Positions 49,861 to 57,954 of a stretch of DNA of 64,000 nucleotides are shown one piece after another. The notes beneath the pieces were generated by a model. The model was not told where the DNA came from, did no database searches, and saw only the letters and a program-made list of their open reading frames with translations. The DNA comes from a virus: positions 2,660 to 66,659 of IMG/VR virus record IMGVR_UViG_3300037324_000043; one strand, 5' to 3'. A program made the translations under genes and the position numbers. Each line of letters begins with the position of its first letter. The stretch's first letter is position 1.

Positions 49861-50142
49861 TTAGATTTTCTGATACTCTCTTCTTTCTGAGATAAGCATT
49901 ATAATATCTTGATCTTCTCTTAGAAATACACACTCGCTTCCGCGAACAGTATCGTATTGAGCCGTATTGGAATTGTATTCAATAACTTGACCTATTTGAT
50001 AGTATTTTACTTTTGGGCCAACCAATACAATTTCTGCCCTATTTTTTTTCAAGTCAATTTTTTCTGACACTATTATTCCTGACTCAGTTTTTCTATCTGA
50101 AGGAATTATCTCAGCTAGTATTCGGTTTCCAATTAGTCTCAT
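49861..50142 (-). CDS. groES: co-chaperonin GroES-like protein
   Basis: MRLIGNRIL..KTESGII..AEIVLVGP..FLREDQDII. Confidence 0.8.
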   Translation of the reverse strand: MRLIGNRILAEIIPSDRKTESGIIVSEKIDLKKNRAEIVLVGPKVKYYQIGQVIEYNSNTAQYDTVRGSECVFLREDQDIIMLISERREYQKI

Positions 50143-50144
50143 GG

Positions 50145-50342
50145 TTAGTTTGTATGAATGATATTTACAAGCTCTACGCTTGTTTGTTCGTTTGAGTCTT
50201 TTAGAATAATCCCTTGCTTATTAATTAATTCTAAGCACTCTTTTAAAGTTGTAGTTGTTTTTGGAAGAACAGATATATCAATACGAAAAAACTGCATGGT
50301 TGAATATTGAAGTCCAAGAATGGGGTCGTAATAAAATATCAT
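50145..50342 (-). CDS. hypothetical protein
   Basis: 65-aa ORF in operon. Confidence 0.5.
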   Translation of the reverse strand: MIFYYDPILGLQYSTMQFFRIDISVLPKTTTTLKECLELINKQGIILKDSNEQTSVELVNIIHTN

Positions 50343-50348
50343 AAATAT

Positions 50349-50789
50349 CTACTTTGTTAGTTCTACTAAAGTAAGTTCTGTTCTAGGAACAAACCCGTAT
50401 ATCTTTTTACTTTTAACTTCGCATACTCTGGCATCGTCTGTAAAAACAATTCCATTCATAGCATCAAACAAACCTTTCATTAAATTATCCGTAAGGTCTG
50501 GCTTAGTTTCTTTATAAATTTGTTCTCCTGATTCCAAAAGAGCTATCTTTTTTTTACTCCATCTTTTTAAAGGGGCAAATACAAATAGGACTTCTACTCC
50601 AACAGCATTGTTGTAAGGAACGAATCCTAATGGTATTTGTGATTTAACATCAAACGCTATATTTCTTTCGTTATCTTTTACTGATTTTTTCTGATAAGAT
50701 TGAACAAATTGACTTGGACCTTTGCCAGCAATACGAAATCTAGCTGACTGTTTTGATTGTGGTGTTCCCAAAATTTTAAGCTTTATCAT
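50349..50789 (-). CDS. rusA: RusA-family Holliday junction resolvase
   Basis: TKPDLTDNLMKGLFDAMNGIVFTDDARV. Confidence 0.9.
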   Translation of the reverse strand: MIKLKILGTPQSKQSARFRIAGKGPSQFVQSYQKKSVKDNERNIAFDVKSQIPLGFVPYNNAVGVEVLFVFAPLKRWSKKKIALLESGEQIYKETKPDLTDNLMKGLFDAMNGIVFTDDARVCEVKSKKIYGFVPRTELTLVELTK

Positions 50790-51394
50790 TTCTCTGGCTT
50801 TATAAATTGAACTTCTTGGCTTCTAAATGATTTAGGATCTTCGAAATACTTTTCAGTAAACTTGGCAAAAAATGGATAGTCTTCTAAAGGTAACTTTGCG
50901 ACATTGCTAACCAGCTCCTCCATGACTCTCATCATGTTTTGAAGCATTACTGGGTCTACTTTGTAAAGATTATTAAAATGCCTCTCAGCGATTCTCATAG
51001 CTTGCTTGTTAGATTTGGCTAATAGGTTTCTAAAGTAACTATCTCCAATTTCTTCCGTATCTAAATCTTCATCTACCTCAATCAATAGCTCAGCTATCAT
51101 GACGTGCTTCAAAACTTTCTGGGTAACATTTAGTATGTGATCTGAATAAACGCTGTCCCACTTAGCTACCTCGTGCTCGTTTACCTGAAGCCACTCTCCG
51201 TCAACTAAACCTTGGCGAATGTTTTTTAAAGAAAAGCTATTCATCTTGTTCTTTTTGCTGACTAAAAAAACAAGGTCTTTACTTCTAGTGTTTTCTGTAA
51301 GTAAAAATATAGCACCGTTTTTATGCTTGATGTAATTGTCTACTCTGTCTCTTGCTGATTTTTCTTCAGTTATATTTTCCTTAGCTTTTTTCAT
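50786..51394 (-). CDS. hypothetical protein
   Basis: 202-aa ORF. Confidence 0.65.
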   Translation of the reverse strand: MKKAKENITEEKSARDRVDNYIKHKNGAIFLLTENTRSKDLVFLVSKKNKMNSFSLKNIRQGLVDGEWLQVNEHEVAKWDSVYSDHILNVTQKVLKHVMIAELLIEVDEDLDTEEIGDSYFRNLLAKSNKQAMRIAERHFNNLYKVDPVMLQNMMRVMEELVSNVAKLPLEDYPFFAKFTEKYFEDPKSFRSQEVQFIKPEK

Positions 51395-51397
51395 TAA

Positions 51398-52333
51398 TTA
51401 AATGTTATTTAAAAAGTTATGTAATGCTTTGTTCCATTTGGCATCATCCAAAGCATTGTGTTCGTTGGTTTTTTTTGGGTAATCGGGATGAACTTCTTTT
51501 ACCATTTTAACCCATTGTTTAGGCGTAAAGAAACTGCGTTCAGTATTTAAATATTCTGCTAATACGTCAAAATTTTGCTTTAAATCCCGACAATACCTTG
51601 GAAAACCATCTGGTAAATCATTCATCTTTCCGAAAAGCCAACAGAAGACAACCCAATCGTAATCCGCGTAGTAAGCGTAGAATTGTATATTAGGGTCGGT
51701 TATTTTTAAATTTGCTTGAGGATTTTTTGCATTTGTGTTTTCTATTTTGCAAAAGTTTTTTATGTCCTCAGCTATTTCTTTATTGGTTTTGCCGTATTTG
51801 TTAATGAGTGCTTTAAGGTTTTTGTAGGTAAAATCATTTCCGCAAACAGGAATACAATCTTTAGATACATTAAACAAAAATTGTCTTTCATAAGAGTCAA
51901 AAACTTCATTAGATTCTTTTAAAATAAGTTCCTCAAAAATTGGCTTCAAGACATTTTCCCGAATCCAGTAGACTTTCTTTTGATTTGGAAGGCAACCTAT
52001 TCTTGCGCCAACTTTATTATCAGGTTCTAGTTGATACCTATTCCAAGCTTCTTTAAGATTAAAGTCTTTGGATATTTCGTAGTATTCTCGTCCGTCTTCC
52101 GCAACAATTCCAATAGAAATTAAATCAATTGTGGGTTTGGTGTTTGCGTAATGAATCCCAAAAAATCTTCTTCGTTGTGAGCCTTCAATAAATTCGGTAT
52201 CTAAGTAGTACTTCATCTTAGTTTCTTTTATTTGATATGTTATGTAACAGGAATGACAAAAAAATAAATCACTCTCACCTAATCGAATGCCACCCTCTGA
52301 GTCAATAGTATTTTCGCAGTAGTGGCATTGCAT
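51398..52333 (-). CDS. DEDDh 3'-5' exonuclease (Rv2179c/DUF5051-like) with N-terminal CxxC-CxxC
   Basis: YLDTEF, LISIGIV, YADYDWV, HNALDDA. Confidence 0.85.
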   Translation of the reverse strand: MQCHYCENTIDSEGGIRLGESDLFFCHSCYITYQIKETKMKYYLDTEFIEGSQRRRFFGIHYANTKPTIDLISIGIVAEDGREYYEISKDFNLKEAWNRYQLEPDNKVGARIGCLPNQKKVYWIRENVLKPIFEELILKESNEVFDSYERQFLFNVSKDCIPVCGNDFTYKNLKALINKYGKTNKEIAEDIKNFCKIENTNAKNPQANLKITDPNIQFYAYYADYDWVVFCWLFGKMNDLPDGFPRYCRDLKQNFDVLAEYLNTERSFFTPKQWVKMVKEVHPDYPKKTNEHNALDDAKWNKALHNFLNNI

Positions 52334-52341
52334 TAATTTAT

Positions 52342-52581
52342 CTATTTAGTATTTACCGCCTTGCCTTCAACCGCTTTTCGAACATTGGCGTGGTAATATT
52401 TACCAACGCTTTCTGACGCCATCAATTCAGCATGAGTTTCTTTCTTTACCGGGTTGTAAGAATATACCTTCTCTCCATTTTTGAATTTGACATACAAAGT
52501 TTCTGAAGGACCGTCATAAGCAATCTCCTTTATCTGGGAACTCTTTACTGACTTGAATATTAGTTTAGGTGTTGTCTCCAT
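52342..52581 (-). CDS. KTSC domain protein
   Basis: VKSSQIKEIAYD...LYVKFKNG..YSY..V...LMASESVGKYY. Confidence 0.85.
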   Translation of the reverse strand: METTPKLIFKSVKSSQIKEIAYDGPSETLYVKFKNGEKVYSYNPVKKETHAELMASESVGKYYHANVRKAVEGKAVNTK

Positions 52582-53161
52582 GGTCCAATTGATTTATTTG
52601 GCTTGAATTAGATTCGTAATGAAAATTAGGAATGTGTTTTTCGAATTCTATCTTGTGATCTGTGTCAACTAAAAAAAACTCCTTCTCAGAGTTGGAAGAA
52701 AAATTCCTTAGCACGTCAATGTTTATTTTCAATGCAAGAACAATATTGGATAGCTCATTATAGCTAGAGTTGTCTTGATGCATTTTAATAAGCTTATCGA
52801 TGTTTAGAAATATAGCCTGAGTAGTATTGATTTTGTTTCTACTCGGCTCAATCACTGACTTTATATAAACAAAGCTAGAGCAAAGATTCTCCCATAAGTC
52901 CTCTACTGTAATACTCCTAGAGCTGTTTTCTTTTCCAAAGCCATCATCATACATAAAATGCCTAATAGACTCCTCAGCTTTCTTAATCTCTACAAATGTA
53001 GAAGCCATAACGCTTATCATGCAATCCACTAAACTTCCGTTGTTGTACATTGAATTCTCTTCTAATCCCAATACCTTAGCTAGTGATTTTGAATGAAGCT
53101 CATCATACTTGTATTGAGCTTCCAAAGCATTCATAATCTTAATAAAATTTTGTTTAGTCAT
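52565..53161 (-). CDS. hypothetical protein
   Basis: 198 aa behind promoter TAGATTTG 53214-53221 (-). Confidence 0.65.
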   Translation of the reverse strand: MTKQNFIKIMNALEAQYKYDELHSKSLAKVLGLEENSMYNNGSLVDCMISVMASTFVEIKKAEESIRHFMYDDGFGKENSSRSITVEDLWENLCSSFVYIKSVIEPSRNKINTTQAIFLNIDKLIKMHQDNSSYNELSNIVLALKINIDVLRNFSSNSEKEFFLVDTDHKIEFEKHIPNFHYESNSSQINQLDHGDNT

Positions 53162-53252
53162 GCGTATTTAAATTAAGTTATGTGTTCCCGTTTGATTAAG
53201 TATAAATCCAATACAAATCTAGTGTAAGTTTTTAAAAATACAGTATCAAAAC

Positions 53253-53675
53253 CTACTTTTTATTATCCGTCACATACTTAGGAGCTTTTAAACTGTAAAA
53301 TTTATTGACATACCTGGGATTTAAAATAAACCACCTAGAGTCTAAAGTAGCTACCAAATATCCCAATTCCACAAATTTTCTAATAGCCTCACAAAATACT
53401 GGCCTACTACATATCTCACCATACTCATTAGAAACTAAATGAACACACCCACTATTAAATACATTGTCACTTCGCTTTACCCTAGAAATAATTGCCACCA
53501 TCAACTTAACCTCACTACCACTGCACTCTAATACCAATCCCTCCATCAAAAGATTGCTCATCCCAAACTTACCAGCATTGCTACTATACTTGTAACGCCA
53601 CTTAATACCATCATACACCCTATGCCTTTTATCCAGAAAATAATTCTCTATCATATCCATGCATTTTTTTTTCAT
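53253..53675 (-). CDS. RepL-like winged-helix protein
   Basis: SRPVFCEAIRKFVELGYL....WFILNPRY; palindromic direct repeats upstream. Confidence 0.5.
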   Translation of the reverse strand: MKKKCMDMIENYFLDKRHRVYDGIKWRYKYSSNAGKFGMSNLLMEGLVLECSGSEVKLMVAIISRVKRSDNVFNSGCVHLVSNEYGEICSRPVFCEAIRKFVELGYLVATLDSRWFILNPRYVNKFYSLKAPKYVTDNKK

Positions 53676-53713
53676 AATCCAAATATTATACGTAAGCAAA
53701 ATCAGTTCCTAGA

Positions 53714-53776
53714 TGTAAATTAAATTGACAGTTAGTGCATTTCAATATTCATAAGTGTAAAATAAATTGACAGTTA
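53714..53776. repeat. two 21-bp direct repeats (20/21 identical), 42-bp period
   Basis: TGTAAATTAAATTGACAGTTA at 53714 and TGTAAAATAAATTGACAGTTA at 53756. Confidence 0.85.
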
Positions 53777-54514
53777 TGACTTTGGTTAACTGACTGTAAA
53801 TCAATTAATCACAATCTTTTTACTGGGCTGAGAAGCATTTCAATATATATTGTTACTATGAAGAGCTTGGTTTTATGCGTTTCTTATCCCCGTACAAAGA
53901 AAATATAAATATGTTACACTACCAAAATTTGTATATAAAGTGATTATACGGTAAAGTTGTGGGGATGGAATACTATATATGGCGAGTCGGGCGCGTGAAG
54001 GAAAACGGATATATTGGACCCACGGGGGTTGATCCTAGTATTGAAATTGTGAGATTTTCAGCTTTTTTATCCTAAACTATTTTTGAAATCGTGGCCCTAA
54101 CTACTGCCTAATCTCATAAGGGTAACAGATCAAACCTTGTGAACCCTTGCTAGTGCTATGAAAACATAAACTTTCAACCTAATTTTCCCGACATGCTCCC
54201 TGCATTATGTAAACCCCTGGTTAACGGTCGAGATCTCGCCAACATATAAAGAAGGAACTAAACTAATTTGAAAACCTTCTCCAGCTTAGAATTTTGAACT
54301 CCTTCACGAGGTCGCGCCCTTGGTTCAAACCCTATCCCTTTCCCCTCCTTCATCATAAAATTATTTAACCCCTTATATCTTAATATTTATATAATTATTA
54401 TATTTTCATTTAATTTTATAAAAATAACCCCTTGTAAACCCCTATAAACAGTACGTTATAAGAAAAACTTATAATTTAACTCTAAAAAGGTGCAAAATTC
54501 CAATGGATTATATT

Positions 54515-54545
54515 ATTGTTATACCTTTTATTATGTGTACATTTG
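54515..54545 (+). promoter_or_regulatory. early-operon promoter
   Basis: TACATTTG (-7) at 54538-54545 with TTG about 20 nt upstream. Confidence 0.65.
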
Positions 54546-54562
54546 TCCACATGATAGAAAGA

Positions 54563-54607
54563 ACCCTTTATATATAGGGTATGAGGTTAAAAGTTCATTG
54601 ACATATT
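54563..54607 (+). promoter_or_regulatory. hairpin plus boxA-like antitermination element
   Basis: ACCCT/AGGGT hairpin 54563-54580 then GTTCATTGACAT 54593-54604. Confidence 0.55.
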
Positions 54608-54766
54608 TATCAATTCTGAGTTAGGGCGGTCTTAAACTGTGATGTACTACGATACATTAATAAAACGGTTATAGGCTTAGACTTATAAAGAATTAGATAA
54701 GACTTAATAAAGCTTATAGAGCGTAGCGAATAACTCTATAAGCATCTAACTAAATAAATTATCATT

Positions 54767-54907
54767 ATGAATGAATTAGCTAAAAAGATTTGCGAGTACA
54801 ACGGTCAAAAAGGAACACCCAAGCAAGTAGAAAAATGTATTAAAACATTTTCGGGAAGTCTTGAAATTATGCAACAATTCGCAAAAGGTAGAATTAAAAA
54901 CGCCTAA
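54767..54907 (+). CDS. small early protein (46 aa)
   Basis: Hand-translated MNELAKKICEYNGQKGTPKQ...; between hairpins 1 and 2. Confidence 0.55.
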   Translation: MNELAKKICEYNGQKGTPKQVEKCIKTFSGSLEIMQQFAKGRIKNA

Positions 54908-54971
54908 ACAATTAAAACCGCTTTCTTTCATTGGCTTGAGGGAAAGCACCTAACTTAAAAACCCTTGAATA

Positions 54972-55136
54972 ATGTTTATAGTAAAAGACAAAAACATCTA
55001 CAGCACCAAAACAAAAAAAGTACGGTTTTTTATTGGTAAGAATAGGTTGAAACCTAATAACACCTTTAATAAAACTAAGGATATTATTTATGTTGAATTT
55101 TTAACGTTGTTTCTACTCCTAAGCTTAAAAAAGTAA
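54972..55136 (+). CDS. small early protein (54 aa)
   Basis: Hand-translated MFIVKDKNIYSTK...; between hairpins 2 and 3. Confidence 0.4.
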   Translation: MFIVKDKNIYSTKTKKVRFFIGKNRLKPNNTFNKTKDIIYVEFLTLFLLLSLKK

Positions 55137-55210
55137 ACACCCTCAAACGCTGTAAAGTATTGGTTTACTCTACAGTATCAAAAATTATAAACCCAAATAC
55201 ATCAAAAACT

Positions 55211-55468
55211 ATGGATAATTTAACAACGCCTTTAATAAATCTAAACGGTAACAGCAAAGAGCAAATAAATGAACAGAATTTAAATGTTTATAGGAGTTTG
55301 AGCGCTACAATTCAAGCAATGAGTAAAACCGAGTATGACAACGGGAGAAACTCAATAGACAAAAGCCATCATTTAAAAATGAGAGAAGAGAAGGCCGAAA
55401 TTATACAAGGCTTAAAAAAATATCAAAACTTATTTATGAAGCTTCAAGTAGAAATAAATAAAAAGTAA
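55211..55468 (+). CDS. hypothetical early protein
   Basis: Probable start MDNLTTPLINLNGNS after hairpin 3. Confidence 0.65.
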   Translation: MDNLTTPLINLNGNSKEQINEQNLNVYRSLSATIQAMSKTEYDNGRNSIDKSHHLKMREEKAEIIQGLKKYQNLFMKLQVEINKK

Positions 55469-55512
55469 GACCAACCAACGGGAAACAATACCAACCAAAT
55501 AAATTAAACACT

Positions 55513-55797
55513 ATGAAAACAGGACCCAACGCGCCATATGACCCTAAAATAATCATAACAGGCCCAAACGCATCAAATAAGAATTTCGTTAAAACTCCTT
55601 CAGGATATACCCACACGCCAACGGGCGCAACTCTTGAAATATACCTAAGCAAAGGAGAAGAGGACGACCAAGGAGAGATATTACAACATAATTTATACTA
55701 TGTTTTAGATTTTGACGGTGAGCAAATCTCATGCGATTATGACGACTATGAGCAAGGCAAACACGCAATTTTGGACCATTACGAAATTGAGGAGTAA
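55513..55797 (+). CDS. hypothetical early protein
   Basis: 94 aa, flanked by 20-bp direct repeat. Confidence 0.65.
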   Translation: MKTGPNAPYDPKIIITGPNASNKNFVKTPSGYTHTPTGATLEIYLSKGEEDDQGEILQHNLYYVLDFDGEQISCDYDDYEQGKHAILDHYEIEE

Positions 55798-55844
55798 AAG
55801 AGCAACACGGGAAACAATACCAACCATTTTAAAATTCAAAAATT

Positions 55845-56321
55845 ATGAATTATTTCAAGGACTGTAAAAAATTAGACGAAGCGAAGACACTATTTAGAAA
55901 ATTATGCCTGAAGCTTCACCCGGACACGGGAGGAACAAACGAAGACTTTATTTTCATGTTCAACCAATTCAAGAGCTTCAGACCCTTAGAAGGATTTGAA
56001 GAACCTTTCAACGCTGAAAAATTCTATAATAACGAAGTAAAGGCATTTGATATTTTGGACGACGTGAAGGTAAGCTTTGTTGGTTCTTTCATATGGTTAG
56101 AAGACAATGAAAAAGGAGCCACATACAGACAGAAAGACATAATTAATTCAATGGTTATCCAAGGCAAAAATAAGGCCCGCTTTGCCAAATTAAAGAAGGT
56201 TTGGTTTTTCTCCCCCGAAGGCTACAAACAGAAGGCAAAAAGTGGAAAGAGTTTGGCCCAAATTAAAAGCAAGTACGGAAGCAAGGAATACGCGACCAAA
56301 GGCAAACAGTTAGTATCCTAA
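55845..56321 (+). CDS. J-domain (DnaJ-like) protein
   Basis: KTLFRKLCLKLHPDTGG (HPD motif). Confidence 0.8.
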   Translation: MNYFKDCKKLDEAKTLFRKLCLKLHPDTGGTNEDFIFMFNQFKSFRPLEGFEEPFNAEKFYNNEVKAFDILDDVKVSFVGSFIWLEDNEKGATYRQKDIINSMVIQGKNKARFAKLKKVWFFSPEGYKQKAKSGKSLAQIKSKYGSKEYATKGKQLVS

Positions 56322-56399
56322 GTACATTTTTTATCTATTAAAAAAAGCTCGGTTCTATTGGTTTAGAACCGAGCAACTAATTTTAAAACCCTTTTCACA

Positions 56400-56657
56400 A
56401 TGTCAGATTTAATGAGCACTAAGCGTAATGTTTACACTTTGAAATTTAGAAGTAGCCACGAACTTTATTTTTTTTCAACTGATGAACAGTTAAACGAAAT
56501 TTTAAGGCTCCCGAACACTAAGCACGGAATCGAAAAAATTAAAGTTTACAACAATAAGGACCGATTTATAAGGGTATCAAAAACCGACTTTCAAAACTGG
56601 TTTAGTTTCAACACGGAAGCAATGGAGATACTAAGAAACATTAATTTTTTAAAATAA
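56400..56657 (+). CDS. hypothetical early protein
   Basis: 85 aa after hairpin 4. Confidence 0.6.
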   Translation: MSDLMSTKRNVYTLKFRSSHELYFFSTDEQLNEILRLPNTKHGIEKIKVYNNKDRFIRVSKTDFQNWFSFNTEAMEILRNINFLK

Positions 56658-56664
56658 AGTAATT

Positions 56665-56928
56665 ATGATTTATCTAAAAAAGTCAAACGTTCAAGAGATT
56701 GACAAACACATCAAAGACGCTTTTAAATCCAAGATAATTGAGGGCAAATTATTTGCCCTTTTAAAATTAGTTGAGACAAAAGGCGAGCCAATGCAGGCAG
56801 AGGACAACGAATATTTAAACGGCCTTAAAGTACTGGAATATAAAAAAGGCTTTTATATAGGATTTAAAAAGCAGGAATTTTTAAATGGATCCTTCAAGCT
56901 TAACACAGTAGCACTAAAAACCACTTAA
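56665..56928 (+). CDS. hypothetical early protein
   Basis: 87-aa ORF. Confidence 0.6.
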   Translation: MIYLKKSNVQEIDKHIKDAFKSKIIEGKLFALLKLVETKGEPMQAEDNEYLNGLKVLEYKKGFYIGFKKQEFLNGSFKLNTVALKTT

Positions 56929-56950
56929 CAACAATTCAAAATTTAACACG

Positions 56951-57862
56951 ATGGAAAATTTAAACAGTTACAAAAAATTTGCGCCTAATGTATTTGTCGC
57001 AAAATGCCACGAACAAAACGAGAAAGGCGAAACGGTAATTATTACAACCAAATACGGGCAGGAGCACGAAAACGAAATACACAATTATTTAGGCAAAACG
57101 GCAGATGATTTTTACTTGTATTCAATTACTAGGTGCGACGGGTTCAACAGTCAAGAGAGAGCCAAAAAGAAAGCGGAGAAATTAAGCGGTTACGCTTCGA
57201 ACGCTGAGAAGCGAAGCAATGAAGCATATAAAAAATCTGATATGAGCGAGAGCGCAACGGGTATTCCGTTTGGACAGCCCATTCTAGTAGGACACCACAG
57301 CGAGCGAAGACACCGCAAAACTTTAGAGAGAGCATCACGAGCAATGGACAAGACCGTTGAAGAGAGCAACAAGGCAGAAGATTATAAAAGCCGCGCGGAA
57401 TACTGGATAAATAAAGCTAGTAAAATCAATTTGTCAATGCCTGAAAGCTTGGAGTTTTACGAGTTCAAACTAGAGGAGGCAATCAAGAACCACAAATTTT
57501 TAAAGGACAACCCAAGCGAGAGGCGCCACGGTTATAGCCTGACATATGCAAATAAGACAGTAAAGGAGACTCGTAATAATTTAAATCTAGCGGTTAGGCT
57601 CTGGGGTTCTGATGAAGTTATAAAACAAATCGCAGACGAGAAAAAAGAGAAGGCAGAAGCCGAAGCAGGGAAAAGCAAGAAAAAAACGGATATAGTTTTA
57701 AAATACGGTGGGTTTTTCGCCTTCAATAACGATCAATTAAAAAGTGGTCACGCTAAAATTTTGGAAGCTGGACACATTGAAAAAGGGGAAAAAGTAAGCC
57801 ATTTAAAACATGGCTTATATATTCCATCTAAAAATGTAGATGCTTTTTTAAAGGAGCTATAA
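56951..57862 (+). CDS. DUF3560 domain protein
   Basis: IPFGQPILVGHHSERRHR signature. Confidence 0.85.
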   Translation: MENLNSYKKFAPNVFVAKCHEQNEKGETVIITTKYGQEHENEIHNYLGKTADDFYLYSITRCDGFNSQERAKKKAEKLSGYASNAEKRSNEAYKKSDMSESATGIPFGQPILVGHHSERRHRKTLERASRAMDKTVEESNKAEDYKSRAEYWINKASKINLSMPESLEFYEFKLEEAIKNHKFLKDNPSERRHGYSLTYANKTVKETRNNLNLAVRLWGSDEVIKQIADEKKEKAEAEAGKSKKKTDIVLKYGGFFAFNNDQLKSGHAKILEAGHIEKGEKVSHLKHGLYIPSKNVDAFLKEL

Positions 57863-57954
57863 ACTAACAACAGCCTGCAAGACGTAGCGAATATTCTTGC
57901 AGGTATCTAACAACAATTCAAACCAGATCCACGGATCACAAACCCCCAAAAATT

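Noticed and set aside
53714-53776. Mini CRISPR array
   Set aside because: Only two 21-bp repeats with a 21-bp gap and no cas genes; fits operator or iteron
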